NCBI GenBank assembly: GCA_002699515.1
Contig: PAAW01000061.1
Location: 1-62,416 of the forward strand
Direction of reading: 5' to 3'
Source of the DNA: Methanobacteriota archaeon
GTDB lineage: Archaea > Thermoplasmatota > Poseidoniia > Poseidoniales > Poseidoniaceae
DNA length: 62,416 nucleotides
The notes under the pieces are model-generated. The model saw only the letters and a program-made list of their open reading frames with translations. It was not told the origin of the DNA and ran no database searches. Shown here in pieces: positions 37,264 to 46,637 of the stretch. Each line of letters opens with the position of its first letter. Position 1 is the first letter of the stretch. The position numbers and the translations under genes were made by a program.

Positions 37264-38331
37264 ATGTCAATTTTCTACTTTAAAACTTCAAGAATAATTA
37301 TAAATTTACACAAGATAATCCTTTACGCATTTTTAAAGTATTTTCAAGTTTACTCTAAAGGAAATTATGAATCCTTCAAGTACATTGGAGATCAAGACTA
37401 CCTTAAATTACTTGAGGAGTACATTGGAATAAAAGCTAGTCCTGAATCAAAAAAATTAGACTCAAAAACTCTATTAATCATTCAAAAATTTTCCTTTAAA
37501 TTGGTATTTAAAAATATTTTTAAAATTAATAGGATAAGAATAATAGACAAGCATTATTTTGGTTTAGTAGGAGCAAACACGCTTTTCAGACTTTTGTATA
37601 ACGACTTCAGCAATAAGAGTATAAAAGAAAATATTATTATTGAATCTTTGAAAAATTTTAATGATTTAAGGTCAAGAATTAAAGAAATAAAAGAGATATT
37701 CGTCTTGGGAAATAATGAAGACTTTTCTTCAATTTTAGATAAACATAAACCGGATTATTTACTTACATGCAATTCCTCAATCAACAATAAAAATATTTTT
37801 AAATCAAAATTACTAGTACTTTCTTTTTCAGATCCTCTCTTTCATTTTGGAATAAATGATCAAGCAATTGAATACAGGAAGCGTATATTGGAAGAGCTAA
37901 AAAATCAAAATAGTACTTATTTAATTGTTCCAATAGAAGGCATTCCTCTTCTAAAGAAAATTGGTGTAAATAAAGAGATACCAATCATTGGTTTAGACTC
38001 TACTTATTTTCAATTAAAAGTGATTAAAGTCAGAAATAATAAAATTTTTACTAGAAATTCTCATAATGTATTTACACAATATTTACTACCCATCTCCTCC
38101 CTTACCGAAAAAGTAAAAAATATTGGAGCAATAACTTTTAGTTCAAGAAATGCTTTTGAAGAAAAACTATGGAGCCACGATGAGAAAATAAAAGAAACTT
38201 CAAATTATAACTTTGCATTTGATGAGTCATTTTTTGGAGATAGAGATTTTAAAAAATATTATAAATTTCATGATAAGCAATTAAATAGGTTAATTAATAA
38301 AATTACTAACAAAAGAATTATTAAAGTTTAA
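37264..38331 (+). CDS. Hypothetical protein; C-terminal ~210 aa resemble GT42 (Cst-type sialyltransferase) / DUF115 (Maf) fold
   Basis: IFVLGNNEDF..PDYLLTCNSS..LVLSFSDPLF spacing parallels Cst-II IIAGNGPSL..FDVFRCNQF..AVFYNPSLF (from memory). A later NSH is also present. Confidence 0.35.
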   Translation: MSIFYFKTSRIIINLHKIILYAFLKYFQVYSKGNYESFKYIGDQDYLKLLEEYIGIKASPESKKLDSKTLLIIQKFSFKLVFKNIFKINRIRIIDKHYFGLVGANTLFRLLYNDFSNKSIKENIIIESLKNFNDLRSRIKEIKEIFVLGNNEDFSSILDKHKPDYLLTCNSSINNKNIFKSKLLVLSFSDPLFHFGINDQAIEYRKRILEELKNQNSTYLIVPIEGIPLLKKIGVNKEIPIIGLDSTYFQLKVIKVRNNKIFTRNSHNVFTQYLLPISSLTEKVKNIGAITFSSRNAFEEKLWSHDEKIKETSNYNFAFDESFFGDRDFKKYYKFHDKQLNRLINKITNKRIIKV

Positions 38332-39170
38332 TGAACATAAAAAAACATATTATTGAGAATGACTTTCTTAAAGTAGAGATTATTCCGGAGCTTGGTGGAA
38401 GAATTTCTTCTCTTATTTATAAGAAATCAAAAAAAGACTGGGTTTGGAAAAATCCAAATTTAAAAGTTGGTAAAGTTCCTGATTCCAAAAATTATGATGA
38501 TAACTGGCAAGGAGGGTGGGAAGAATTATTCCCTAATGATGCAATAGAAAATTTTTCATGGGGCAAAGGACATGACCATGGAGAGTTGTGGTTCAATAGC
38601 TGGGATTTAGAACATATTAATCCTGATAGTGCAAAATTAGAAATTAACAACCTAGATTCTGGATCTAAATTTAGTAAATTAATTACAATAGACGGATCAC
38701 AACTTATATGTGAGTATGAAGGAAAAATTAATTTTATTGATTATTTTTTATTTAAACTCCACTTAGCTATCCCACTAGAAAAGACTTTGTCTATTAAATC
38801 AAATATTCAAAGTATTAATAAAGTTGATCCGAATTTTGGAAACATACTAAATACAGAAGATCATGAAAAATTTTTAAATCCCAATATAAATTCTGGTCTA
38901 TTTGACTTTGCTTATCTAGATATTTTAGGCAATGAAATTAGTGTACTGGATGAAAACAGAAATCAGCTAAAAATTAAATATGACGACAAAAATCTTAAGT
39001 ATTTTTGGATTTTTCAATCACAAGGTGGTTGGATGAATCATAATGTTATAGTTTTAGAACCATGTACAAATGGAAGAAAAGACATAACAGAGGCTGCCTC
39101 TCAAAATATGTCTATTAAAGGCCCAATAGACTTTAAAACAAAATATATCGTAGAGTTAGATAAATTATGA
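38331..39170 (+). CDS. Aldose-1-epimerase/mutarotase-like (DUF4432-like) protein
   Basis: ELGGRISSLIYK, WQGGWEELFPN and GHDHGELW motifs. Confidence 0.45.
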   Translation: MNIKKHIIENDFLKVEIIPELGGRISSLIYKKSKKDWVWKNPNLKVGKVPDSKNYDDNWQGGWEELFPNDAIENFSWGKGHDHGELWFNSWDLEHINPDSAKLEINNLDSGSKFSKLITIDGSQLICEYEGKINFIDYFLFKLHLAIPLEKTLSIKSNIQSINKVDPNFGNILNTEDHEKFLNPNINSGLFDFAYLDILGNEISVLDENRNQLKIKYDDKNLKYFWIFQSQGGWMNHNVIVLEPCTNGRKDITEAASQNMSIKGPIDFKTKYIVELDKL

Positions 39171-40105
39171 AAGTTACAATTTTAGTTAGATGTTTAAATG
39201 AAGTTGAAAATTTAAAAAAGCTGTTTCCTTTGATTGAGAAACAAACATTTAAGAATGTTGAAATAGTATTTATTGACTCAGGAAGCACAGATGGCTCATA
39301 TGATTTTGTCAAAAACTATAGTTCAAAAATACCGATAATATTATCGAAAATAGAAAAATCAAAATTTAGTTTTGGAAGATCTTTAAATATGGCAGCAAAT
39401 GAATCTACTTATAAAGATATACTAATCTCCTTATCTGCACATTGTTTCCCAACAAATGAAAATTGGTTGTATAGTATGATTACTAATTTTGAGAATGAAA
39501 AAATTAAAATTGTTTATGGAAAACAGTTAGGAGATACAAGGTCTTGGCTTTCCGAAGCTTCACATCTAAATATGTGGTTTGGTGATGAAAGTTCATATAA
39601 AGATTCTTCATTTGTAAATAATGGCAACTGTGCTTTTACTTATGATACATGGTCAAAATTAAAATTTAATGAAGACCTCACAGGGTGTGAGGATATTGAT
39701 TTTGCACAAAGAGTAATTAATGGAGGAGGTCTGATCTTCTATAGTTCAGAAAGTGAGGTAACTCACTATCATGATGAAAATAAAAAACAGATTAGAAACA
39801 GATACAGAAGAGAAGCTCAGGCCATTAAATATATATATTCTGATTCAATTACATTTTCATTATTTAATTTAATAAATAATACAATTAATGAAATAAAACT
39901 TGATCTCAAGTACAGAAAAAACAACTCATATAACTTTTCAAGCTTATTTAATATTTTTGTTTATAGATATAACAAAAACTTAGGACATTTTTTAGGAATT
40001 AATTACCCAATTAAATCAAATGAGAATATAAAGAAAAAATATTATTTATACGAAGAAGATAGAAAAAATGTAGAGTATTTTAAGAAAGATTATTTTTATA
40101 AATGA
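39167..40105 (+). CDS. GT2 glycosyltransferase
   Basis: ATGA overlap with the upstream gene. VTILVRCLNE, FIDSGSTDGS and a later CED acidic motif. Confidence 0.75.
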   Translation: MKVTILVRCLNEVENLKKLFPLIEKQTFKNVEIVFIDSGSTDGSYDFVKNYSSKIPIILSKIEKSKFSFGRSLNMAANESTYKDILISLSAHCFPTNENWLYSMITNFENEKIKIVYGKQLGDTRSWLSEASHLNMWFGDESSYKDSSFVNNGNCAFTYDTWSKLKFNEDLTGCEDIDFAQRVINGGGLIFYSSESEVTHYHDENKKQIRNRYRREAQAIKYIYSDSITFSLFNLINNTINEIKLDLKYRKNNSYNFSSLFNIFVYRYNKNLGHFLGINYPIKSNENIKKKYYLYEEDRKNVEYFKKDYFYK

Positions 40106-40749
40106 AATTTACAGCTTTTTTACCAATGAAATTAAACTCTGAAAGAGTTAAAGATAAAAATTTTATATTAATTAATAAAAAACCATTGTTTTTCTATATT
40201 TTAGATACTCTCCAATCAGTAAAGCACATAGATCAAATATTGATTGATGTTGATAGTGAAGTTGTAATAGATAAAGTCAAGGAGTATTTCGATAATGTTG
40301 ATTTCAAATTAAGGGAAGATAATTTGCTGGATCCCTCTGAGTCAGTTAATAAAATAATTGAATCTAATTTTCATCAAATTAACAATAACTTTATTTTTCA
40401 AACACACACTACCAATCCACTTTTAACAACAAATACAATTAACGAGGCATTAGAACTATATATGGAAAATAAAAACTCTTTATTTTCAGTTAATTCATTC
40501 CAATCAAGATTTTACGACCAAAGCCTTAATCCTATAAACCATAATCCAAACGAATTAATACCAACACAAAATTTAGATTTTATTTATGAGGAAAATTCAA
40601 ATTTTTATATTTTTTCCAAGGAAGATTTTATAGAAAATGGAAATAAAAGAATAGGGAATAAATCAGTTCACTATATTACAAAAAAATATGAATCAGTTGA
40701 TTTAGATACTGAAGAAGATTTGAAGTTATTAAGAAGAATTTTAGAGTAA
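40102..40749 (+). CDS. Cytidylyltransferase (CTP_transf_3: NeuA/KdsB/SpsF-like)
   Basis: ATGA overlap with the upstream gene. The N-terminal AFLPMKLNSERVKDKN is a variant of the ARxxSxRxxxKN signature. Confidence 0.7.
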   Translation: MKFTAFLPMKLNSERVKDKNFILINKKPLFFYILDTLQSVKHIDQILIDVDSEVVIDKVKEYFDNVDFKLREDNLLDPSESVNKIIESNFHQINNNFIFQTHTTNPLLTTNTINEALELYMENKNSLFSVNSFQSRFYDQSLNPINHNPNELIPTQNLDFIYEENSNFYIFSKEDFIENGNKRIGNKSVHYITKKYESVDLDTEEDLKLLRRILE

Positions 40750-41397
40750 TTATTCAGTCGCAAGCCTTGAAAGAACTCCTTGGTCAATTTGTATATGACC
40801 TCCATTAAACAACTTTTTGTGTTCTGTATTTATTGTAAAGATTAAATTGGCTACTTCTCTAGACTCAAACAACTCTCCACTAGGTAGTGATTTTTTTAGT
40901 TTTTCAACGTCTTTTACATTTTCTCTCAGTAAATTTGTATCTGTTGCTCCAAGTCTTAGAAAGTAATAATAGGAGTTATTTGCTGATGTTGAAAATGTCC
41001 TTATAGCTGATTCTAATGAAGATTTTGAAGATGCATATTCAATATTACTTTCATTTGATGCTTTGGAATGAACAGATGATAATCCGCAAACAATAGTCTC
41101 ATCGAAGTTTTTATTTGTATTTTTTATTATCTCAATAAATGAAAGAACATTTACATTAAATAAGTTAGAAATGTTTTCTGAATCTTGAATTCCAGCACAA
41201 TATGTGATGGAATCTATTTTATGGTCACCAATTGTATTTACTATTTCATCAACATTATTGATTACTCCTAAATCAATTACTTTGTCAGTAAATTCTGAAT
41301 CTTTTTTGTCAAAACCATAGACATCTAAATTTTCATTTCTATATATTTTATAAAGGTCATTTCCAACTCCTGATGCACTTCCAAATATAAAATTCAT
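40750..41397 (-). CDS. Short-chain dehydrogenase/reductase (SDR)
   Basis: FGSASGVGN glycine motif and catalytic YASSK (YxxxK). Confidence 0.6.
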   Translation of the reverse strand: MNFIFGSASGVGNDLYKIYRNENLDVYGFDKKDSEFTDKVIDLGVINNVDEIVNTIGDHKIDSITYCAGIQDSENISNLFNVNVLSFIEIIKNTNKNFDETIVCGLSSVHSKASNESNIEYASSKSSLESAIRTFSTSANNSYYYFLRLGATDTNLLRENVKDVEKLKKSLPSGELFESREVANLIFTINTEHKKLFNGGHIQIDQGVLSRLATE

Positions 41398-42318
41398 TTA
41401 GTCTCCCAATATTTCATCTAATTTATTTAAGATTACTTTATTCACTTCTTCATTTGCGTCAATTGTATTTGATGCATTATGAGATGTAAATAAGATATTT
41501 CCATTATTAAGAACTTCTTCTTTTAGTTTAGGTGGTTCTTTTTCATAAACATCTAAGCAAAGGCTTTTTAAGCTACCATCAGAAATCATTTCAATAATCT
41601 CACTTTCTTTAATTATTTCCCCTCTAGATACGTTAATTAATAATTCCAATAATTCTGCATGCTCTAAAGATTCTTTATTGATTGATCCCATGGTTGCTTC
41701 TGTTAATGGAGCACATACTATTAGTATTTCGGATTTTTTTATCACACTTTTAAGACTCATAAATGTTGCGCCTTGAATATTTAGATCATTTAGATCGGAA
41801 TATATAATTTCACAATTGAATGGTTTTAAAATCTTAGTTAAACTTTTTGCAATATCACCATAACCGTAAAAGCCTATGACTCTATTGAATAAAGATTTTC
41901 CATACGACTTATACCATATTTTTTCGTTCATTTTTTTATGATTAAGGGTTATTTTTCTATAACTGTCAATCATTAAGCCTAAGACAAACTCTGCTACATA
42001 TTTACCTAATATTTCTGGTGTATTGAAAACCTCTACACCATTTTTATTTGCAGATTCTATATCAATTTTATCTGTTCCAGACCCCCATTTGATTATATAT
42101 TCTAAATTTAAGCATTCCTTAAGGACTTTTTGGTCTATTTTGTCATCTCCAATTATACAAATAGAAGCCTCTTTTATTTGTTTTATCATTTCATCAGAAG
42201 TAAAACCCTGATTTTGAGGAAATTTTTCAGAATATTTCAATCCGTAATGTTTTGCCAAAAATTCAAATTCTTTTTTGTTTGAATTAGTTCGAGGACAAGT
42301 AGATATAATTTCTTTCAT
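41398..42318 (-). CDS. D-isomer-specific 2-hydroxyacid dehydrogenase (glycerate/phosphoglycerate dehydrogenase-like)
   Basis: GFYGYGDIAKSL (GxGxxG), NVSRGEII (Arg), LDVYEKEP (Glu) and FTSHNAS (His catalytic triad). Confidence 0.8.
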   Translation of the reverse strand: MKEIISTCPRTNSNKKEFEFLAKHYGLKYSEKFPQNQGFTSDEMIKQIKEASICIIGDDKIDQKVLKECLNLEYIIKWGSGTDKIDIESANKNGVEVFNTPEILGKYVAEFVLGLMIDSYRKITLNHKKMNEKIWYKSYGKSLFNRVIGFYGYGDIAKSLTKILKPFNCEIIYSDLNDLNIQGATFMSLKSVIKKSEILIVCAPLTEATMGSINKESLEHAELLELLINVSRGEIIKESEIIEMISDGSLKSLCLDVYEKEPPKLKEEVLNNGNILFTSHNASNTIDANEEVNKVILNKLDEILGD

Positions 42319-42453
42319 AATTAACCTATTATCTTTTTCTTTAGGAAATCAAAAAATGCATTAAAGCTAAGAAATTTATCCTTGTGATAATCTATATAGT
42401 TTTTGAATTTAATTTTTCTATAAAAGAAACGGTAACTTAATCCATAAAAATAA

Positions 42454-43278
42454 CTAATAGTATTTTTTTTTAGTATATTTTTTGGTTTTATTTGGGTTTA
42501 GCTTTGTATCAAATTCTTCATTTTCTCCACAATGCAGACCTGTTCCATCAAAACCATAATTTTGAACGTGTGACATGGAAGGAAAAATTGATAAACCATT
42601 ATTTAAAAACATACCTTGATACCAATATGCATCCCAAATACTCCCTTCTCCTTGTTGATGTTTTACTATTATGTTTTCAAAGTCATATAAATTTGAAACA
42701 TTGAATTTTTTGATCATTGAAGGCGTTTTTTCTGATATGTAGTTTCTTTCATGAAATTGTCCATCTATAAATATTGCCCATCGATCTTCCCAAGTACCCC
42801 ATCCCCATGGTGACATATTGGAACTTACCGCAGTAGTAGATTTTAAATAAAAGAATTTAGGATGGCTATACCCATTAATATGCCATATGTTTTTTTTATC
42901 TTTATATACTTCAAGACAATTATTCATATAATCTAAGAAATTTTTACTAACAATCAAGTCATCCTCAAGAATAATTGTTTTTTTATGTTTATTTATTACT
43001 TCAGAAATGCCTTCAATGATATTATCTCTACAACCAAAGTTTCTATCTCTTACTATTACTTCTTTCTCTTTGAAGCCCCAATTTTTTTGGGCGATCTCGA
43101 TAGTTTTGTTGTAATTTGTAATGTTTGTTTTTTCGTTTTTTCCATCGATGTAAAAATATACTGATGAATCTCTTGACTCTTTATTTTTTACTAATGATTC
43201 TAAAAGATTATTTAAGTGGTCAGGCCTATCATAGCCAAAAATAGTTATAGGAGATAATTTTGAATTATTCATTAACAA
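42454..43278 (-). CDS. GnT-I (GT13)-like glycosyltransferase, apparently truncated by a frameshift at an A9 tract
   Basis: ILEDDLIVSKNFLDYM parallels the EDDLEVAPDFFEYF of GnT-I. The ORF stops 5 codons after the A9 run, and 49 further codons are open in the adjacent frame down to 42321. Confidence 0.65.
   Translation of the reverse strand: MLMNNSKLSPITIFGYDRPDHLNNLLESLVKNKESRDSSVYFYIDGKNEKTNITNYNKTIEIAQKNWGFKEKEVIVRDRNFGCRDNIIEGISEVINKHKKTIILEDDLIVSKNFLDYMNNCLEVYKDKKNIWHINGYSHPKFFYLKSTTAVSSNMSPWGWGTWEDRWAIFIDGQFHERNYISEKTPSMIKKFNVSNLYDFENIIVKHQQGEGSIWDAYWYQGMFLNNGLSIFPSMSHVQNYGFDGTGLHCGENEEFDTKLNPNKTKKYTKKKYY
42463..42471 (-). repeat. A9 homopolymer (T9 on the + strand) at the frameshift point of the GT13-like gene
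   Basis: Read directly: + strand gta ttttttttt agt, which is coding-strand act aaa aaa aaa tac tat tag. Confidence 0.9.
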
Positions 43279-43308
43279 TAATTATTTTATATCAATATTA
43301 TTTAATAC

Positions 43309-44655
43309 TTAACAACTATATTTAATTATTTCCACTCTTTTATAAGTTGACTTTATTTCTTGATTAATTGTGCAATTATCAATTAAAGCTTCCTCGAAAT
43401 AAGAACATTGCATATCATCGTTTATAAAGAAAAAATCCTTAGTTTTTAATTCACTGAAATTACTTATATGAGTAACTTCATTTTTGGTATTGTTGAGATT
43501 ATTAAAAGTTAAAGCGCCTTCTGAGCCACAATAGAAAATTTCTTCATCTAATAAAACATTGTCCAATGAAGTGTATACATCATTTAGGTCTGACCATCTT
43601 TCTATTCTTGGTATAAAAAACAAATATAAACTTAGTAATGAAAAAATTAATAAAACAGGTGTAACTAAATTTAAGAAAACTTTGAAATTTAGCACTCTAA
43701 TTATTTGTTCAATATTATAAGGAATTAATAATGCTATAAAAAAGGCATAAAATGACATAAGGTAACCATACGTTTCCCAATTAATATATAAGAATATTAA
43801 AGCTAATCCGGATCCACAAATTCCAAAAATTAAATATTTAGTTTCTTTATCTTTTTCTGTAATGGTTAATAATAAAGAAAGAAAAATAAAAAATAAAAAG
43901 AATATATTTTGAACTTGAAGAATATTATCTAAGATATTTTCTGCGGTGCTGTTCACATTGTAGTAATGACTGTTTTGAAAAAAAATAACATAACCTTGAA
44001 GTAAAATACCAAGAATAAATCCAGAAAGAACAAAATACCCCTCTATGCTTCTTTTTAATAAAAAATAAAACAAAAAGAATATGAAGAAAATTGATCCTTG
44101 CAATTTAACAAGAGGTATCGCTAATGACAAAAGAAACAAAGTTAAAAAATATTTTTTATTTAAAGTAGTATTTTTATTTATCTTTTGTAGAAGAATTAAA
44201 AAAATCAAGAAAGAAAATTTTTCTTGCAAGCTTGGTAAGAAGAACATATCTGTTGTGTATGGATATATTAAAAAAATAAGTAACGAACTGAGGTAATTAA
44301 TTCTTAATTTTTCTTTAAAAATAATGTATGAATAATAATGAATCACGAGTATCAATAAAATATTTGGAATAAAAGTAAACATTTTGCCAAAAGTTATTCC
44401 TGGGAGATATTGAAATAAATACTGCAAGAAAAGGAAAGGCTGAATCATTCCTATTTCTCTAATTCTATATTTTTGATCATCAATATAAGTTCTCGGATCG
44501 TTTAAAAACTCTTTTGTACTTTCTATCCATCTATAATCATCCATTAAACCCCAAGGAACGTCATAAAATATAAATAAACTAGAGAAGATAAAAAAAGAAC
44601 TTATTAACGTTCCCCGTTCTTTATTTATTTTTAAGGAGTATTTCATGTGCATCAA
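43309..44655 (-). CDS. Polytopic membrane protein, GT-C-like, with C-terminal 4-Cys soluble domain
   Basis: 448 aa. Acidic first loop PWGLMDDYRW, more than 10 helices, and a ~100 aa C-terminal non-hydrophobic domain with 4 Cys. Confidence 0.45.
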   Translation of the reverse strand: MMHMKYSLKINKERGTLISSFFIFSSLFIFYDVPWGLMDDYRWIESTKEFLNDPRTYIDDQKYRIREIGMIQPFLFLQYLFQYLPGITFGKMFTFIPNILLILVIHYYSYIIFKEKLRINYLSSLLIFLIYPYTTDMFFLPSLQEKFSFLIFLILLQKINKNTTLNKKYFLTLFLLSLAIPLVKLQGSIFFIFFLFYFLLKRSIEGYFVLSGFILGILLQGYVIFFQNSHYYNVNSTAENILDNILQVQNIFFLFFIFLSLLLTITEKDKETKYLIFGICGSGLALIFLYINWETYGYLMSFYAFFIALLIPYNIEQIIRVLNFKVFLNLVTPVLLIFSLLSLYLFFIPRIERWSDLNDVYTSLDNVLLDEEIFYCGSEGALTFNNLNNTKNEVTHISNFSELKTKDFFFINDDMQCSYFEEALIDNCTINQEIKSTYKRVEIIKYSC

Positions 44656-45541
44656 TTAAATTATTGTAATTGTATTCTTTTTTATTTTTTTCAAGACAAT
44701 CTAGATATTTAATCATCTGCTCCTTAGCAGGATTTAATGCTGGACTATTTATTGTTTTTTCATTATAGTTTTGCACTAACTCATTGTTAATTAAGCTACT
44801 CTTCTGATTTTGCTTTATAATCGTTACTTCTTTTTTTATTAAGTCAATTTTAATTTGTTCGTTTGTCGTAAATATTTTCCAGGTTCTAATCTTTTTTTGA
44901 CCAAGTCTTGAACTTGTGAAGTTAAAAATAAAATTGTCTGAAGTTAATCTTAAGTTATTTAATTCATAATATCCTTCATTATTTTTTATTAAATTGACTG
45001 AGTTGCATGAAGAAATTTCATTTTTTTCAATAAAAAATTCTAAGGCAACACTTAAATCATGTATTGTAAGATCAAAATCTACATGATCTTTAATTCTTTC
45101 TTTGTCTACTTTAGGAGAAATTCTTTCAACTTGAACATAATGTGGATCTGCAGTAATGTTTTCTTTGGCAATTGAAAAAAGTACATTATGCGTTTCAATA
45201 AAACCACAAAAAATATTTTTTTGATTCATTTTTTTAAATTTATCAAGCTCTTTTAAGTTATTGACTAAAGGTTTTTCAATAAATACAGTTTTTTTATATT
45301 TAATGATTTTATTTAAGTATTCTAAGTGACTATCACTATGTGTAGAAATAATTATTCCAGTGTATTCATTTATATCTTCTATCTCATCAATATTGATTTG
45401 GTTGTAATTTTGCTTTCCTATCTTCTTATCTTCGATATCAACTACATCAAAAAAAACATCATTTAATAAGTCAGATAAAATTTCTGAATGAAGCCTCCCC
45501 ATATTGCCGTATCCAATTATTAAAAATTTTTTTTTATTCAT
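44621..45541 (-). CDS. Gfo/Idh/MocA-family NAD(P) oxidoreductase (WbpB/GnnA-like sugar dehydrogenase candidate)
   Basis: FLIIGYGNMGRLH Rossmann motif and VFIEKPL (EKP motif). An A9 tract directly follows the start codons (MNKKKF). Confidence 0.75.
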   Translation of the reverse strand: MNKKKFLIIGYGNMGRLHSEILSDLLNDVFFDVVDIEDKKIGKQNYNQINIDEIEDINEYTGIIISTHSDSHLEYLNKIIKYKKTVFIEKPLVNNLKELDKFKKMNQKNIFCGFIETHNVLFSIAKENITADPHYVQVERISPKVDKERIKDHVDFDLTIHDLSVALEFFIEKNEISSCNSVNLIKNNEGYYELNNLRLTSDNFIFNFTSSRLGQKKIRTWKIFTTNEQIKIDLIKKEVTIIKQNQKSSLINNELVQNYNEKTINSPALNPAKEQMIKYLDCLEKNKKEYNYNNLIDAHEILLKNK

Positions 45542-46632
45542 ATCTCATTAAGTATATTTAATATTCTAGATAGTTTTTTATCATCAATATTGCCATGACA
45601 GGGAAGTGTTATTATATTTTCTTTTATATATTGGGTATTAGGAAAGTCTTGCTTTTTTTGAGTAAGCATTGATATTGGAAATTCATATAAACCATATGGA
45701 TAATAGCTTCCATAACTTATATTATTTTTCTCTAATATTTTCTTTGTTTTATTTAGATTCTTTGAATTTTTAACACTTAAAGGCACTACATTCATTGGTT
45801 GGTTTTCTTGAGAATAGATTCTATATTTATCTCTATCAATATTTTTATGGTATTTTTTGTTATTTTTAATCCTTTTATTCAAAGAGTTTTTAATTGAAGC
45901 TAATTTCAAATTTAGTATTGATGCTTGCACAGAATCTAATCTAGAGTTATAGCCAACATATTCGTGGTAATAATTCTCTTTAAGTCCGTGATTCCTCAAA
46001 GACATAATAGTTTTTAAGTATCCTTTCTTTTTAAAAGTAATAGATCCTCCGTCTCCAAACCCTCCTAAATTTTTTGTAGGATAAAATGAGAAACACCCAA
46101 ACTCACCAATACTTCCTAAGTAATTTTCTTTATATTTCGAACCAAAAGCCTGGGCAACATCTTCAATAATTTTTATATTTGTTTTCCTTGTCAATTTTTT
46201 TATTTCATCCATACTTGCAGAATTACCAAATAGATGAACAGCTATTATTACCTTTGTCTTATTACTAATTAGTTTCTTTAAATGGTCTATATCTAAAGTT
46301 AAATCATTTAAATTTATGTCACAATATATTGGTTGGGCACCTAATTTTAGAATGACTTCAGATGTTGCAAAGAAAGAGAACCCTGGAACAATTACTTCAT
46401 CACCTTCTTTTACGCCTAGAGTTTTTAATCCTATTTCAAGTGAATCTGTTCCAGAATTTAAACCTAGAGAATATTTTACATTTAAAAACTTAGAAAAATT
46501 ATTTTCAAAATCTCTTACTTTTTTTCCTAAAACAAAGTTTTTATTTTTTATTATATCTTTTACTTCTATAATATATTTTTTTTTAATATCTTCAGATACT
46601 GATAAATCAAATAAGTCTATTGATTCTTTCAT
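45538..46632 (-). CDS. DegT/DnrJ/EryC1/StrS-family PLP-dependent sugar aminotransferase
   Basis: FSFYPTKNLGGFGDGG (PLP-Lys region). 364 aa. Confidence 0.85.
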   Translation of the reverse strand: MKESIDLFDLSVSEDIKKKYIIEVKDIIKNKNFVLGKKVRDFENNFSKFLNVKYSLGLNSGTDSLEIGLKTLGVKEGDEVIVPGFSFFATSEVILKLGAQPIYCDINLNDLTLDIDHLKKLISNKTKVIIAVHLFGNSASMDEIKKLTRKTNIKIIEDVAQAFGSKYKENYLGSIGEFGCFSFYPTKNLGGFGDGGSITFKKKGYLKTIMSLRNHGLKENYYHEYVGYNSRLDSVQASILNLKLASIKNSLNKRIKNNKKYHKNIDRDKYRIYSQENQPMNVVPLSVKNSKNLNKTKKILEKNNISYGSYYPYGLYEFPISMLTQKKQDFPNTQYIKENIITLPCHGNIDDKKLSRILNILNEI

Positions 46633-46637
46633 TTCAA

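Noticed and set aside
42319-42453. The 135-bp gap downstream of the GT13-like ORF considered as a regulatory spacer or small RNA locus.
   Set aside because: It is better explained as the out-of-frame C-terminal coding region of the GT13-like gene, with 49 open codons ending 2 nt from the next start (see the frameshift finding).
45527-45535. In-frame A9/T9 homopolymers, here just after the oxidoreductase start codon and also at 7983-7991 and 28078-28086, considered as phase-variation switches.
   Set aside because: Lys/Asn-rich proteins in an AT-rich genome generate many poly-A runs. These three are in frame and intact, so there is no evidence of switching. Only the tract at 42463-42471 coincides with a frame break.
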